64,000 nucleotides of DNA from an uncultured delta proteobacterium (GCA_963735595.1 CAVTLK010000002.1:480001-544000), one strand, 5' to 3'. Counted from the stretch's first letter, positions 21,121 through 31,922 are shown. Notes: a model not told the origin generated them from the sequence alone. Numbers and translations are program-made.

Positions 21121-22298
21121 GGCGAGTCCCCACGAACTCATTTTACGCTAATGTCCCGCGCATCGCGGCGGCTTTCGCCTCGGCCGGCGAAAACGACGTG
21201 GCCACATGTGAGGCGGCCTTCGCGCGGTACGTGGGCGTTCGGCATGCCTTCCTGGTGGGATCAGGTACCTCGGCCCTCTACGTAATCCTCAAGGCGCTGA
21301 GGACGTTTTCCACGCGCAACGAGGTGGTGCTGCCGGCCTACATGGTGCCCACGCTGACGCTGGCGATTGCCCGCGCGGGCCTGGTCGCGAGGCTCTGTGA
21401 TATCGACCGGGCGACGCTCAACATGGACCCGGGGCGGTTGGACGAGTCGGTAAATCGCAAAACGCTGGCGGTGGTGCCGGCACACCTGTTCGGCTTTCCG
21501 ATGGACCTGGGGCCCATCCGTACGGCGGCCCGCAGCGGCTCCTTTTTCGTCATAGAGGACGCGGCCCAGGCGCCGGGGGCGATTTTGAACGGCGGTCCGG
21601 TGGGGGGATTGGGAGACGTGGGCTTTTTGTCGATGTGCAAGGGCAAGATCATTTCGGCGTTCCGCGGCGGGGTAATCACGACGGACGATCCCGACATCGG
21701 AGCACTTCTTGAGCGGGAGGTGCGGTCGTTACGGGCGCCCGGCCGGCTCTTTGACCTGAGGCTCCTGGCTACCCTGACGCTGCTTGCCGGCGCGGTTCGG
21801 CCCGCGGTCTACGGGGTGCTGCTGCCCGTTATCGGCCGCTTCAAGTCGACGGCGGTCCATACCCATTTCGAGCCGACCGGGGCAACGGCCTATATCGCGC
21901 GGCTTGGGCTCGACCAGTTGGGTGCGATCCGTCGCCAGGTGGCGGCGCGGGTTATGAACGGCAGGGCGCTCCTCTCGGGGCTGGCCGGTATCGCCGGCGT
22001 CACTACGCCCAGGGTCATTGCCGGGGCGGTCCCCTCGTTCAACCACCTGCCGATAGTCGTCCACGACAAGCAGATCATTGAACGGCTCAGGGGCCTGCTC
22101 CTGGTGCGGGGGATAGACACGGCCAGAATGTGGGAGCGCCCGGTTCACCGTATCTACGATCTCGGCTATGGCGGGTCTCCCGACCCGTTTGGCGAGGCGA
22201 CGTTCGTTGCCGAGCGGCTCGTGGTCCTGCCGACCCATCCACTGGTGTCTGCGGCCGACATCCGGACAATCATTGATACAATACGCGAGGTGATGTAG
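21117..22298 (+). CDS. DegT/DnrJ/EryC1/StrS PLP aminotransferase
   Basis: SGTSALY, EVVLPAY, HLFGFP, VIEDAAQAPG, SMCKGK (PLP lysine), LPTHP. Confidence 0.85.
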   Translation: MRRVPTNSFYANVPRIAAAFASAGENDVATCEAAFARYVGVRHAFLVGSGTSALYVILKALRTFSTRNEVVLPAYMVPTLTLAIARAGLVARLCDIDRATLNMDPGRLDESVNRKTLAVVPAHLFGFPMDLGPIRTAARSGSFFVIEDAAQAPGAILNGGPVGGLGDVGFLSMCKGKIISAFRGGVITTDDPDIGALLEREVRSLRAPGRLFDLRLLATLTLLAGAVRPAVYGVLLPVIGRFKSTAVHTHFEPTGATAYIARLGLDQLGAIRRQVAARVMNGRALLSGLAGIAGVTTPRVIAGAVPSFNHLPIVVHDKQIIERLRGLLLVRGIDTARMWERPVHRIYDLGYGGSPDPFGEATFVAERLVVLPTHPLVSAADIRTIIDTIREVM

Positions 22299-22301
22299 GA
22301 C

Positions 22302-22481
22302 ATGTCCCGGGCAAAACGAAGGATAAAGATCTACTTTATTATATTTCTTATCCTGCTGGCGGTGGCGGTCTCATTGCCGGTCATCCTGAGGACCATTTCG
22401 GATTATTTCAAATCCGATCAGAAATATTATTATCCCCATGACCTGCAGCGCGACAAGTTCCTTAATGGACAGGAGAAGTAG
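22302..22481 (+). CDS. Small (59 aa) single-pass membrane protein
   Basis: Manual translation MSRAKRRIKIYFIIFLILLAVAVSLPVILRTISDYFKSDQKYYYPHDLQRDKFLNGQEK*. It exactly fills the gap between two operon genes, with its stop abutting the next ATG. Confidence 0.65.
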   Translation: MSRAKRRIKIYFIIFLILLAVAVSLPVILRTISDYFKSDQKYYYPHDLQRDKFLNGQEK

Positions 22482-23633
22482 ATGATCTCCGTTCGCAATC
22501 TCAGGAGGAACCTGCGCAAGGCGCGGGAGTTTCCGGGATACGCCGTCCGGGCGCTTTACAAGCGGGCCCGCTCGGCGCTGTCCTACTACGTGGGCCGCGG
22601 CAGGAGCGCCCCCCCCGAAACGGTATCGATCCTGTTGGCCTACCGCTGTAACCTTCGCTGCACGATGTGCGGTCAGTGGGGGGAAGGCGGGGCGGCCCTC
22701 GGGTATACCGACGACGTCAGGCGCCAGTCGCTGACGCTCGGCGACATCAAAGCCGTCGTCGACGGCGTACGGGGCTTCAGCCCCGCCATCACGCTCTTCG
22801 GCGGAGAGCCCCTCCTTTACAAGGAGATCATCGGCGCACTCGAGATCATCAAGGGGGCGGGCCTCCGGACGAATATTGTCACCAACGGGACACTCCTTTC
22901 GCGCCACGCCCGGGACCTCGTGCGTCTTGGCCTGGACGAGGTCATCTTCTCTCTGGACGGTCCGCCCGGGGTTCACGACCGGGTAAGGAACAGGGCGGGG
23001 GTCTTCGCGGAGGCGGCCGAAGGCTTTCGGCTGCTAGCCGAAGCCAAGAAAGGGCTTAACCGCCGCCGGCCCGTGGTCAACGTCAACAGCACGATCTTCG
23101 ATTTCAATTACCGGCATATGAACGAGACCCTCGATACGGCCCGGTCGCTCGGCGCCGAGGAGGTCACGTTTCACCATTTGATCTTCATCAGCCGCAACAT
23201 GTACACCGCCCACCGGCAGCTGATGCAGTCTCTGTATGGGATGCCGGTCTGCGACTGGGAGGGATTTGTGGTCGATCGGCTCCCCGACATAGACCCCGAT
23301 ATCCTTATCGAAGCGACCAGGCAGATCACGCGCCGCGGTGCATCGGTCTACCCGAATCTCACGGAGGCCGAGGTCAGGGACTATTATACTTCTTTCGAGT
23401 TTGCCCCGAAGAGCTATGCGGCGGCGTGCATGAGCCCCTGGATGGTGGCCTACGTCTTTCCCGACGGGACGGTAAGGCCGTGCCTCAGCAACGGTGTCGT
23501 GATGGGAAACGTGAGGCAGCAGCCCTTCAGCGCGATATGGAATAACGACCGATACGTCGGGTACCGACGCGAGGTCAAGAAGAGAGGACATTTTCCGGCG
23601 TGCGTCCGCTGCACGGAGCTCTATCGCTTTTGA
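22482..23633 (+). CDS. Radical SAM protein with SPASM/twitch domain
   Basis: CNLRCTMC, FGGEPLL, VTNGTLL, CMSPW...DGTVRPC...GNV...CVRC. Confidence 0.9.
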   Translation: MISVRNLRRNLRKAREFPGYAVRALYKRARSALSYYVGRGRSAPPETVSILLAYRCNLRCTMCGQWGEGGAALGYTDDVRRQSLTLGDIKAVVDGVRGFSPAITLFGGEPLLYKEIIGALEIIKGAGLRTNIVTNGTLLSRHARDLVRLGLDEVIFSLDGPPGVHDRVRNRAGVFAEAAEGFRLLAEAKKGLNRRRPVVNVNSTIFDFNYRHMNETLDTARSLGAEEVTFHHLIFISRNMYTAHRQLMQSLYGMPVCDWEGFVVDRLPDIDPDILIEATRQITRRGASVYPNLTEAEVRDYYTSFEFAPKSYAAACMSPWMVAYVFPDGTVRPCLSNGVVMGNVRQQPFSAIWNNDRYVGYRREVKKRGHFPACVRCTELYRF

Positions 23634-23649
23634 TTACCTATACCGGGCC

Positions 23650-24813
23650 ATGAAAAGACGAATCAGGATTCTGCACATCATCACACGTATGGAGGAAGGG
23701 GGGGCGCCGCGCGTGCTCCTGGACCTGCTGAGAGGGCTTGACCGTGACCGGTTCTCCCAGACGCTGGCGGCGGGTCGCGCCCCGGAGGGGACGGAACTCC
23801 TGCCCGAGGCGCGGCGACTGCCGATCGAGATACGGGAAATCACGGGGCTCACGAGGCCCATCGCCCCGGCACGGGACTTTTCGGCGATCGTCAAACTTAT
23901 CGCCTTGATAAGGGAAGAAAGGTTTGATATCATCCATACACATACTTCCAAGGCCGGGTTTCTCGGGCGGCTCGCGGCGCGGATCTCCGGTGCCAGAAGG
24001 GTGGTCTATTCGCCGCACGGCGATATCTTTTCCGGCTACTTCTCCGGCTATCAGACGGCCGTCTATAGCCTGGCGGAGCGCGCGGCCGCCGGGTGGTGCG
24101 ACAGGATCGTGACCCTGACGGATGCGGGGGCCGGCGAATACCTCGGCCGGGGTATCGGCGCCCGGCGGCAGTTTGTGACAATCCCCAACGGGGTGAACGC
24201 CGATCTGCTCTCGGGTGCGGCCGACCGCCGGGGGATGCGAAAGGAATTCGGCATTGGGGCCGAGGTTTTCGTCATCGCGTGCGTCGGCAGGCTGGTTCCG
24301 GTAAAGGGGTATGACGTGCTGGCGGCGGCGGCACCATGGATCATCGCGAAGGCCGGCGGCCGGGACGTCCGGTTTCTCGTCATCGGGGAAGGCCCGGAGC
24401 GCGGGGCGCTCGTATCCCTGACGGAGAGGCTCGGCGTGGGAGACCGGTTTTCGTTTACCGGATTCCGCAACGATGTTGCCCGGCTGCTTTCGGGCGCCGA
24501 CCTGCTGGCGATGCCGTCGCGAAACGAGGGACTGGGGATGAGCATACTGGAGGCGATGGCGTTGTCGCTGCCGGTAGTCGCGTCGCGCGTCGGGGGGATC
24601 CCCGAGGTCGTCACGGACGGCATTGACGGCATTCTCGTTTCCCCCGATGACCCGGAAGACCTGGCGCGTGCCTGTATCGGCCTTATGAACGATACCGGGC
24701 GGGCCCGGGAGATGGGCCGGGCCGGCAGGGGGAAGGTCACGGCTCGTTTCAGTGTCGGTCAGTATATCGAAAAGACGGCGCGGCTCTATCTTGATTTGAT
24801 GCAGGCGATTTGA
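23650..24813 (+). CDS. Glycosyltransferase family 4
   Basis: IHTHTSKAGFLGRLAA, IPNGV, VGRLVPVKG, SRNEGLGMSILEAM. Confidence 0.92.
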   Translation: MKRRIRILHIITRMEEGGAPRVLLDLLRGLDRDRFSQTLAAGRAPEGTELLPEARRLPIEIREITGLTRPIAPARDFSAIVKLIALIREERFDIIHTHTSKAGFLGRLAARISGARRVVYSPHGDIFSGYFSGYQTAVYSLAERAAAGWCDRIVTLTDAGAGEYLGRGIGARRQFVTIPNGVNADLLSGAADRRGMRKEFGIGAEVFVIACVGRLVPVKGYDVLAAAAPWIIAKAGGRDVRFLVIGEGPERGALVSLTERLGVGDRFSFTGFRNDVARLLSGADLLAMPSRNEGLGMSILEAMALSLPVVASRVGGIPEVVTDGIDGILVSPDDPEDLARACIGLMNDTGRAREMGRAGRGKVTARFSVGQYIEKTARLYLDLMQAI

Positions 24814-24826
24814 TGGGGGAGACGGC

Positions 24827-25513
24827 GTGATCGTGGCCATCCATCAACCGCAGTACATGGCCTGGGGCGGCTATTTCCACAAGATGGACTCCGCCGACAC
24901 CTTTGTCTTTCTGGATACCGTACAATATAAGAAGAACGAGTTCCAGAACCGAAACCTGATCAAAGGCCCCCAGGGACCCCAGTGGCTTACCGTGCCGGTG
25001 CTGTATCATTTCGGCCAGGCAATCCGCGAGGTCCCGATAAACAATACAGTGCCCTGGGCGAAGAAGCACCAGGCGGCCATCGTTTCGTGTTATGGGAAGG
25101 CGCCCTACTTCGACCGCTATTTCGGCGATTTCGAGCGGCTCTATGCCGGCTCCTACACGGGGATTTCGGAGATCAACATCGCGGCAGCACGCCTCATCGG
25201 ACGGCTGCTCGGTATCCGAACTGAGCTCCTGGTAGCCTCCGAGCTTCCCCGTGTCGACGACCAGCGTGATCGACGGCTGGCCGAGATCGTCAAACTGGTG
25301 GGAGGCGATACGTATCTATCGGGGGCGGGCGGCAGGGGCTATGTCAATGAGGGTATCTTTTGCGAGGAGGGGGTGCGGCTGGTGTTTCAGGAGTTTTCGG
25401 CGCCGGTCTATCCACAGCTGTTCGGCCAGTTCGCACCAAACCTCTCCATAGTGGATCTCATTTTCAACGTGGGACCCAATGCTATTGACTGCTTGCGGGG
25501 AACAATACGATGA
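24827..25513 (+). CDS. WbqC-like protein
   Basis: AIHQPQYMAWGGYFHK, DTVQYKKNEFQNRN, WLTVPV, YLSGAGGRGY, LSIVDLIFN. Confidence 0.9.
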   Translation: MIVAIHQPQYMAWGGYFHKMDSADTFVFLDTVQYKKNEFQNRNLIKGPQGPQWLTVPVLYHFGQAIREVPINNTVPWAKKHQAAIVSCYGKAPYFDRYFGDFERLYAGSYTGISEINIAAARLIGRLLGIRTELLVASELPRVDDQRDRRLAEIVKLVGGDTYLSGAGGRGYVNEGIFCEEGVRLVFQEFSAPVYPQLFGQFAPNLSIVDLIFNVGPNAIDCLRGTIR

Positions 25514-26124
25514 ACATTCTCGCATTAGGCGCTCATCCCGATGACATCGAGTTCGGCTGCGCCGGAACTCTGGCGAAGTACGCCAATAACGGCCACAACA
25601 TCTATCTCATGGTCATGACCAGGGGAGAGAAGGGAGGCGATGGGAACGAACGGGCGACGGAGCAGAAGAAGGCCAGGGAGATACTCATGGCCAAGAAGAT
25701 CTTCTGGGGAGGGTTCCCGGATACCTTCCCGCCCGCCCAGAAGGACCTGATCGACGCGATCGAGCGGGTCATCGAGAACGTGCAACCCAACATGACCTTC
25801 GTTAATTTCGCCGATGACACCCACCAGGACCACCGGGAGCTTGCCAGCGCCCTCAAGTCCGCGGGCAGAAACGTCAGAAACGTCATGTACTACGAGGTAC
25901 CCTCGACCCAGAACTTCACCCCGACGGTTTTCGTCGATATCGAGAAGTTCATGGACGTCAAAAAACAGGCCCTCATAGCACACCACTCCCAGATGATGAA
26001 GACCAATATCGAGGGGCTGTCGATCCTCGAGATTTCGCGCTCGCTGTCCAACTACCGCGGGATTCAGGCCCGGATCCGCTTCGCCGAGGGTTTTTATCCC
26101 GAGCGGCTGATGATAAATCTCTGA
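25510..26124 (+). CDS. PIG-L/LmbE family deacetylase
   Basis: GAHPDDIEFGC, DTHQDH, HHSQ. Confidence 0.9.
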   Translation: MNILALGAHPDDIEFGCAGTLAKYANNGHNIYLMVMTRGEKGGDGNERATEQKKAREILMAKKIFWGGFPDTFPPAQKDLIDAIERVIENVQPNMTFVNFADDTHQDHRELASALKSAGRNVRNVMYYEVPSTQNFTPTVFVDIEKFMDVKKQALIAHHSQMMKTNIEGLSILEISRSLSNYRGIQARIRFAEGFYPERLMINL

Positions 26125-27240
26125 TGGGACCGACGTCCGCTCACGGACCGGGACGCGCGCGCGGCCCCATCCCCCATTCCCGGCCCTCGATTACCCGGGA
26201 CGACGCCCGGGCCGTAGCGCAATCCGTGATGAGCCGGACGCTCGTCGGCGGGGGCGCCGTCTCGACCTTCGAGGCGGCCGTGGCCCGGCGGGCGGGCGCG
26301 GCCCACGGGTGCGCGGTGAGCTCCGGGACTGCGGCGCTTCACCTGGCGCTGGCGGCTCTCGGGGCAGGGCCGGGCGACGAGGTGGTCCTGCCCGCCTACG
26401 TCTGCGCGGCCCCGCTCTATGCCGTGCGGTACGCCGGCGCCAGCTCCGGTGCTTGCCGACGTTGATCCCGAGACCGGCCTCTCTTGACCCACCACATACG
26501 GGCCGTCCTTTCGAAACGAACAAAGGCTATTGTCACCGTCCACCTCTTCGGCAGGGCCGCCCCGGTGGACGATATCGTATCCCTCGGCGTCCCGGTGTTG
26601 GAGGACTGCGCGCAGTCGCTGGGCGGGGTCTACCGGGGTAAACCGCTTGGATCGTGGGGGGCGGCGTCGGCCTTCTCGTTTTACGCCACGAAGGTCATCA
26701 CGACGGGATTGGGGGGGATGGTCTGTTCGGACGACGCGGGAATTATCGGCCGGGTCAGGGACTCGATCCGGTACGATGAGCGAACCGACGATCACACCGC
26801 GTATGCCTGCGGGATGACCTCGTTTCAGGCGGCCCTCGGAACCAGCCAGATAGCGCGGATCGACGATTTCCTGAAACGGAGGCTCGCAATATACGATTTT
26901 TACCGGGAGACCTTCCTTTCGGCGGGCATAGAGCTTGCGCCGCCCGCCGGCCCGGGCGAAGACATACACTACCGGTTCGTCGTGAAGACCGACCGGGGGA
27001 CGGAAACCATAACAGCCGCCCTTGCGGAGCTGGGCATTACCGCCCGTCGGCCGGTCTTCAGGCCGCTGTTCGCCTACGAGGCAGCCGGAGAGCTGCCCGG
27101 GACCAGGCGGGCCTACGACCGGGACGTTTCGATCCCCCTGTACCCGGCGCTGACTGCCTCGCAGATGAGGCGGGTCGCCAAAGCGGTGGTCAGGGTTTTG
27201 ACGGGCGGCCATGAAACGGATGTTCGGCCTACCCTGGTTT
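26124..27240 (+). CDS. DegT-family aminotransferase, frameshifted near 26445-26490 (3' end approximate)
   Basis: IPHSRPSI, VSSGTAALHLAL, GDEVVLPAYVC in the first frame; VHLFG, LEDCAQSLG, FSFYATKVITTGLGG, SIPLYPAL in the second. Confidence 0.85.
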
Positions 27241-28344
27241 ATTGCCGCGCTGCTTGCCGTGGCCCTCGCGATTCCGCCGGTTCTGGGTGTTTTTCCGAGG
27301 CGGGGCAGCGATGGTTGTGGCTGATGGCCTTTTCGTGCCTTGCCTCCTTCGTCCTTGTCCCGATCGCGGCCAGGCTTGCCGTGCGCGTGGGCGTCATGGA
27401 CGTTCCGGGGGGCAGGAAGGATCACGAAGTTTCCCACCCCGCTGCTGGGGGGGCTCGCGGTCTTCTGCTCGTTTATCCTTTGCCATCTTCCTGAACGGGG
27501 TCATCACGCCCATCCTTATCACGGTGATATCGGCCTCGATGATTATCCTGTCGGTCGGCATCCTGGAAGACCGCTTCGGGCTCACGGAATGGGTCCGGCT
27601 CCTGGCACAGGCAGTGGCCTTTGTGATGGTCGCCCTGGCGGGGGTACAGCTGCACCTCTTTTACCCGACGCCGCTGGGACAGGTGCTCAATTACGCGCTG
27701 AGCTTCCTGTGGATTGTCGGGATCACCAATGCAATGAATTTTATCGACGGTATGGACGGGTTGTGCGCCGGGATTTCCATAACGATCTCCTTTTTCCTGG
27801 GAGTGATCGCTTTTCAGACCAATCAGGCGGAACTGGGCTGGCTTTCGGTCGCGATGTTCGGCGCGGTTGCGGGTTTCTTTCCGTACAACTTCAGCCCGAA
27901 ACAACCGGCGCGGATATTTCTGGGCGACGCGGGAAGCTCGTTTCTGGGCTTCGTGCTGGCCTGCCTCGCCCTCATCGGGGAATGGTCGGATAACGACCCC
28001 ATCGTCTCTTTCTCAACGCCGCTGCTGATCTTCGGCGTGCTGATATACGATATGGCCTATACGAACCTGTCTCGCGTATCGTGACCGGCAAGGTCAAGGG
28101 TCTCCGGCAGCTGCTGGCTTTTACCGGACACGACCATTTCCACCACCGCATGAGCAGCGTCCTCGGCGGCAGATGTCTGACCGTCGCGTTCCTCGTACTG
28201 GTTAACATCGTCTTCGGATTCGGCGCCCTGGCCCTGAGGGACGCCGGGTTTTTCACCGCCGTTATCCTCGTCGTCCAGGCGCTGGCCGTATTCTTGATGA
28301 TCAGCCTCGTGGAGATCGGGTGCAGGGGGAGAGACGGGCAGTGA
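27211..28344 (+). CDS. MraY/WecA-like undecaprenyl-phosphate sugar-1-phosphate transferase, several frameshifts
   Basis: DVPGGRKDH, PTPLLGGLA, GILEDRFGL, GITNAMNFIDGMDGL, IFLGDAGSSFLG, DHFHHR spread over adjacent frames. Confidence 0.85.
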
Positions 28345-28403
28345 CGCGCGGCCTTCCGTTCCCGGGACCGATGGGCGGGAACCATGCGCGCCGGTAATCG
28401 GGG

Positions 28404-29403
28404 TCAGCAGATCCGGGGCAGTTCTTCGCCATAGGGCATATCAACCGCCCTGACGGACCCATAGCTGGTCTGGATCGTCACGGGGACCGGTCCCCCGGGC
28501 ACGACCGACCCGATGACCGCCGCTTCCTCTCCCCGGCGAAACCTCCCGCAGGAGTTTTACCGCGCGTTGTGCGTCCTTTTCGGCGACGATGGCGACCAGT
28601 TTCCCCTCGTTGGCGACCGTCAGGGGATCGATGCCCAGCATCTCGCAGGCCGCCGCCACCCCCCCGTTGATCGGAATCGCATCCTCAATGAGCTTTACCG
28701 TAACGCCGCCGTCCGCGGCAAGCTCCGTTAACGTGGCGGCGACCCCCCCGCGCGTCGGGTCCCGCATGACCCTTATAGCCACGCCGCCCTTAACGAGGGC
28801 CTCCACCAGGGGCCATACCGACGCCGAATCGGACACGACCTCCGTCCGGAAATCGATGCCCTCGCGTTTGCTCATGACGGCGATCCCGTGCTCGGCGATG
28901 GCTCCGCTGATGACGACCGCATCCCCGGCCGTGATCGAGCGCGGGTCTGTGGCAATCACCCGCAGGCCGACGCCCGCTGTGGTAACGAACAGGCCGTCGG
29001 CCTCTGTGCGAGCCACGACCTTCGTGTCCCCGGTAACGATGCCGACGCCGCATTCCCGCGCCGCCCGGGCGGCGGACTCGACGACTTGCCTCAACGTTTC
29101 GACCGGCAGACCCTCTTCGATGATGAGAGATAGCGCTATCGCCAGGGGGCGCGCCCCGGAGACGGCCAGGTCGTTGACCGTCCCGTGGATGGCCAGGCTC
29201 CCGATGTCGCCGCCGGGGAAAAAGAGGGGCTTGACGACGAAGGAATCGGTAGTCAGGAGGAGGTTATCGGTGCCCGGCACGGGCGCGGCGTCGGGGAGCC
29301 CTTTGGGGTTTGTCCCGAACGCCGGTACGATGACCTTCTCGATCAGCTCGCGGGTAAGGATGCCGCCGCCGCCGTGGGCCAACAGGATCTTGTCGTGCTG
29401 CAT
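28404..29403 (-). CDS. hypE: Hydrogenase maturation carbamoyl dehydratase HypE, frameshift near the 3' end
   Basis: ILLAHGGGG, TTDSFVVKPLFFPGGDIGSLAIHGTVNDLA, GDTKVV, MRDPTRGG, VANEGK. The C-terminal GEELPRIC* is in the adjacent frame. Confidence 0.93.
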
Positions 29404-29497
29404 GTACGCCTCGTTTTCGGTATGGAGGAAGATAGTACTATATCCGCAGCCGTTTTTCAAACTGAATCGCGGGTATTTTGGCCGCGGGCAAAAGGCT

Positions 29498-29869
29498 CAC
29501 TGCAAAGACACGAAGGAAGGAGGGTAATGGTGTTCCACATTCCAGACTGTTGATAAACCTTAAATACCGATACGAGCTCAGTCATTGCGAGGGAGCGTCC
29601 CTGCCGAAGCCGCGGGGAGCGTTAGCGACGTGGCGGGACCGAGGCAATCTCGGACGCTGTAATTACCGGTAATCACGTTACTATATAGAACGGTGTCCGA
29701 GATCGCCACGGGCCCTCCGGGCCCTCGCGATGACACTCCTTCAGAATCCATGCTTTTTCAATACACTGTGCATTCCTTGTTGTGCCTTTGTGTCTCAGTG
29801 TCTTAGTGGTGGATTCTCTTGACGGTCGCTTTAGGGAAAGGCCCACCACAAAGGCACAAAGACACGAAG
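29498..29869. repeat. Nested palindromic repeat cluster
   Basis: An inverted pair GTCATTGCGAGGG...GGCAATCTCGGAC (29581-29655) / GTCCGAGATCGCC...CCCTCGCGATGAC (29695-29734), bracketed by short-unit repeats CAAAGACACGAAG and TGTGCCTTTGTGTCTCAGTG / CACAAAGGCACAAAGACACGAAG. Confidence 0.7.
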
Positions 29870-29910
29870 GGGGAGAAAAAAAGGCCGGGAAACTCGTTGC
29901 GGGCATACCA

Positions 29911-29934
29911 AAGGGGGCGGCTTTCGCCGCCCCT
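29911..29934 (-). terminator. Hairpin terminator after the hox operon
   Basis: GGGGCGGC-TTTC-GCCGCCCC stem just downstream of the protease gene. Confidence 0.5.
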
Positions 29935-29964
29935 GGTTTAGTGAAGTCTTGCATTATTGGATTA

Positions 29965-30472
29965 TCACGCGACCGTCGATTTCCGCTCGGATCGTGCCTT
30001 TGCCGGAACGAATTTATGGGCGAATAAGGGCAGGAAGGCCGCGAGAAACGCCGTGGCCGCGTCCAGGTTTGCCCGGGCCGGCTCCGTCAGCCCCTCCTCA
30101 AACTCAAAGGAGTATCCCCGGATACCCATGACGTAGGCCTCCGGGAGGGGGCCGAAGTGGTCGGCGGCAAGCTTGACGATCGAGCCGGGTGATACCGAGT
30201 GGCTCGTGAAGGTGACCTCGTCGGCGGGATATATCCGCTCGAAGGAAAAAGGCCCCGGCGCCGATATGGAGGCGTCCACGAAAATCACCATGTCATGCCC
30301 GGAGATCGCCTCGGCGTCCTCGATGTTGAGCTGATAAGCGGCGTCCGTCGTGACGAAAGACAGCTCGAGGGATTCTACCCGCTCGGCCGCCCTGGGGCCC
30401 GAGGCCGTCGTCCTGCCTTCCGGGGTTGCCGTACCCGAGGACGAAGACCGACCGCTGATGACTTTGGCTCAT
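29965..30472 (-). CDS. Hydrogenase maturation endopeptidase (HoxW/HyaD-like), frameshift near 30392
   Basis: VLGYGNPGRQDDGLGP, then YQLNIEDAEAISGHDMVIFVDAS...FTSHSVSP. Its ATG overlaps the hoxH stop codon. Confidence 0.85.
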
Positions 30473-31899
30473 CCCCTTACCTGTTCGTCCACGATTGACC
30501 CGTTGTGGTCAAGCAGTTGTACGACCAGCGGCATCTGCCCCAGGGCATGGGTCGCGCAGGACAGGCAGGGGTCGTATGCCCGGATGCCCACCTCGATGTG
30601 GTTGAGCAGGCCCTCGGTGATCTTCTTTCCGTCAAGGTACTGCTCGGCGACCTTCCTGACCACCCGGTTCATGGGCTCGTTATTGTTGGTGGTGGACACG
30701 ATGAGGTTTGCCATGGTGATCTGGTCGTTATCGTCAACCTCGTAATGGTGGAACAGCGTACCCCGCGGCGCCTCGATCCATGCAACGGCACGGTTTTTCT
30801 TCTTGCCGGTGACGACCAGGTCGTCTTTCTGAAGATCGGTGTCGGCCAGGAGCTCGCGGATCTTTTCGGCGGCATGGATCAGCTCGATGATCCGCGCCCA
30901 GTGATAGGCAAGCGACGAATGGATGGGCCTGCCGTTGCCGAGGGCCATGAACTCCTGACGCTCCTTCTCGGCGATCGGGGTATCTATGTAGGTGGCGCAG
31001 TTCATGCGGGCCAGGGGCCCTACCCGGTACCACCCCTTCTCCTTGCCGAGGGGCAAGATAAAGGGGAACTTCATGTAGCTCCAGGGGCGGACCTCTTCCC
31101 TGATGTAGTCGAGGTAGTCCGCGGGCTTGACCTGGTCGAAGATGGTCTTGCCGTCGGCGTCGATAGCCCGGAGGTTACCGTCGTAGAGGTCCATGCACCC
31201 GTCTTCTTTTACAATCGACACGAAGTTGGACTCGAAGGTGCCGAATTCAAGGAGCCGCTTGGCGTCGGCGTTGATGATCTTCTTGCAGAGATCCAGGGCC
31301 TCGACGGCCCAGTCAACCATGGTGTCGGCTTCTCTCTTGAGCTCGTCGGCTTCCTCTTTGGAGAGGTTCTTGTTGACGCCGCCCGGGATCGAGCCGGTGC
31401 AGTGCACCTTCTTGCCGCCGGTCGCCTTGATGACCTCCTGCCCGAACTTCCTCATGAGAACCGCCTTCTTGGCGACCTCGGGATACGCCTCGATGACGCC
31501 GAAGACGTTTCGGCGCTCGACCGGCGAGTCAAACCCGAACAAGAGGTCCGGGGAGCAGAGGTGGAAGAAGTGGAGCGCGTGGGACTGGTACGTCTGGCCG
31601 TAGTGCATGAGGCGGCGCATCTTCTCGGCCGTCGGGGTGATCTTCTCGGCGCCCGCGATCACGTCCATCGCCTTGCTCGCCGCCAGGTGGTGGCTGACCG
31701 GGCAGATGCCGCACAACCGCTCGACGATGACCGGGGCCTCCCAATAGAGCCGGCCCTGAACGAAGCGCTCAAAGCCGCGGAATTCGGTGATGTGAAACCG
31801 CGTTTGGCTGATGTGCCCCTCTTCGTCCAGATGAATGGTGACCTTTCCGTGTCCCTCGACACGGGTCACCGGATTGATGACGATCTTTCGTGTAGCCAT
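30469..31899 (-). CDS. hoxH: Group 3d [NiFe]-hydrogenase large subunit
   Basis: TRVEGHGK, RLCGICPVSHHLA (L1), EAPRGTLFHHY, RAYDPCLSCATH (L2) followed by a cleavable tail. Confidence 0.95.
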   Translation of the reverse strand: MATRKIVINPVTRVEGHGKVTIHLDEEGHISQTRFHITEFRGFERFVQGRLYWEAPVIVERLCGICPVSHHLAASKAMDVIAGAEKITPTAEKMRRLMHYGQTYQSHALHFFHLCSPDLLFGFDSPVERRNVFGVIEAYPEVAKKAVLMRKFGQEVIKATGGKKVHCTGSIPGGVNKNLSKEEADELKREADTMVDWAVEALDLCKKIINADAKRLLEFGTFESNFVSIVKEDGCMDLYDGNLRAIDADGKTIFDQVKPADYLDYIREEVRPWSYMKFPFILPLGKEKGWYRVGPLARMNCATYIDTPIAEKERQEFMALGNGRPIHSSLAYHWARIIELIHAAEKIRELLADTDLQKDDLVVTGKKKNRAVAWIEAPRGTLFHHYEVDDNDQITMANLIVSTTNNNEPMNRVVRKVAEQYLDGKKITEGLLNHIEVGIRAYDPCLSCATHALGQMPLVVQLLDHNGSIVDEQVRG

Positions 31900-31922
31900 A
31901 GTTATTTCCGCCTCCCGGCGCG

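Noticed and set aside
26484..27494. Aminotransferase-WecA fusion suggested by the ORF track
   Set aside because: A separate ATG at 27211 gives a hydrophobic N-terminus; the read-through is explained by an indel.
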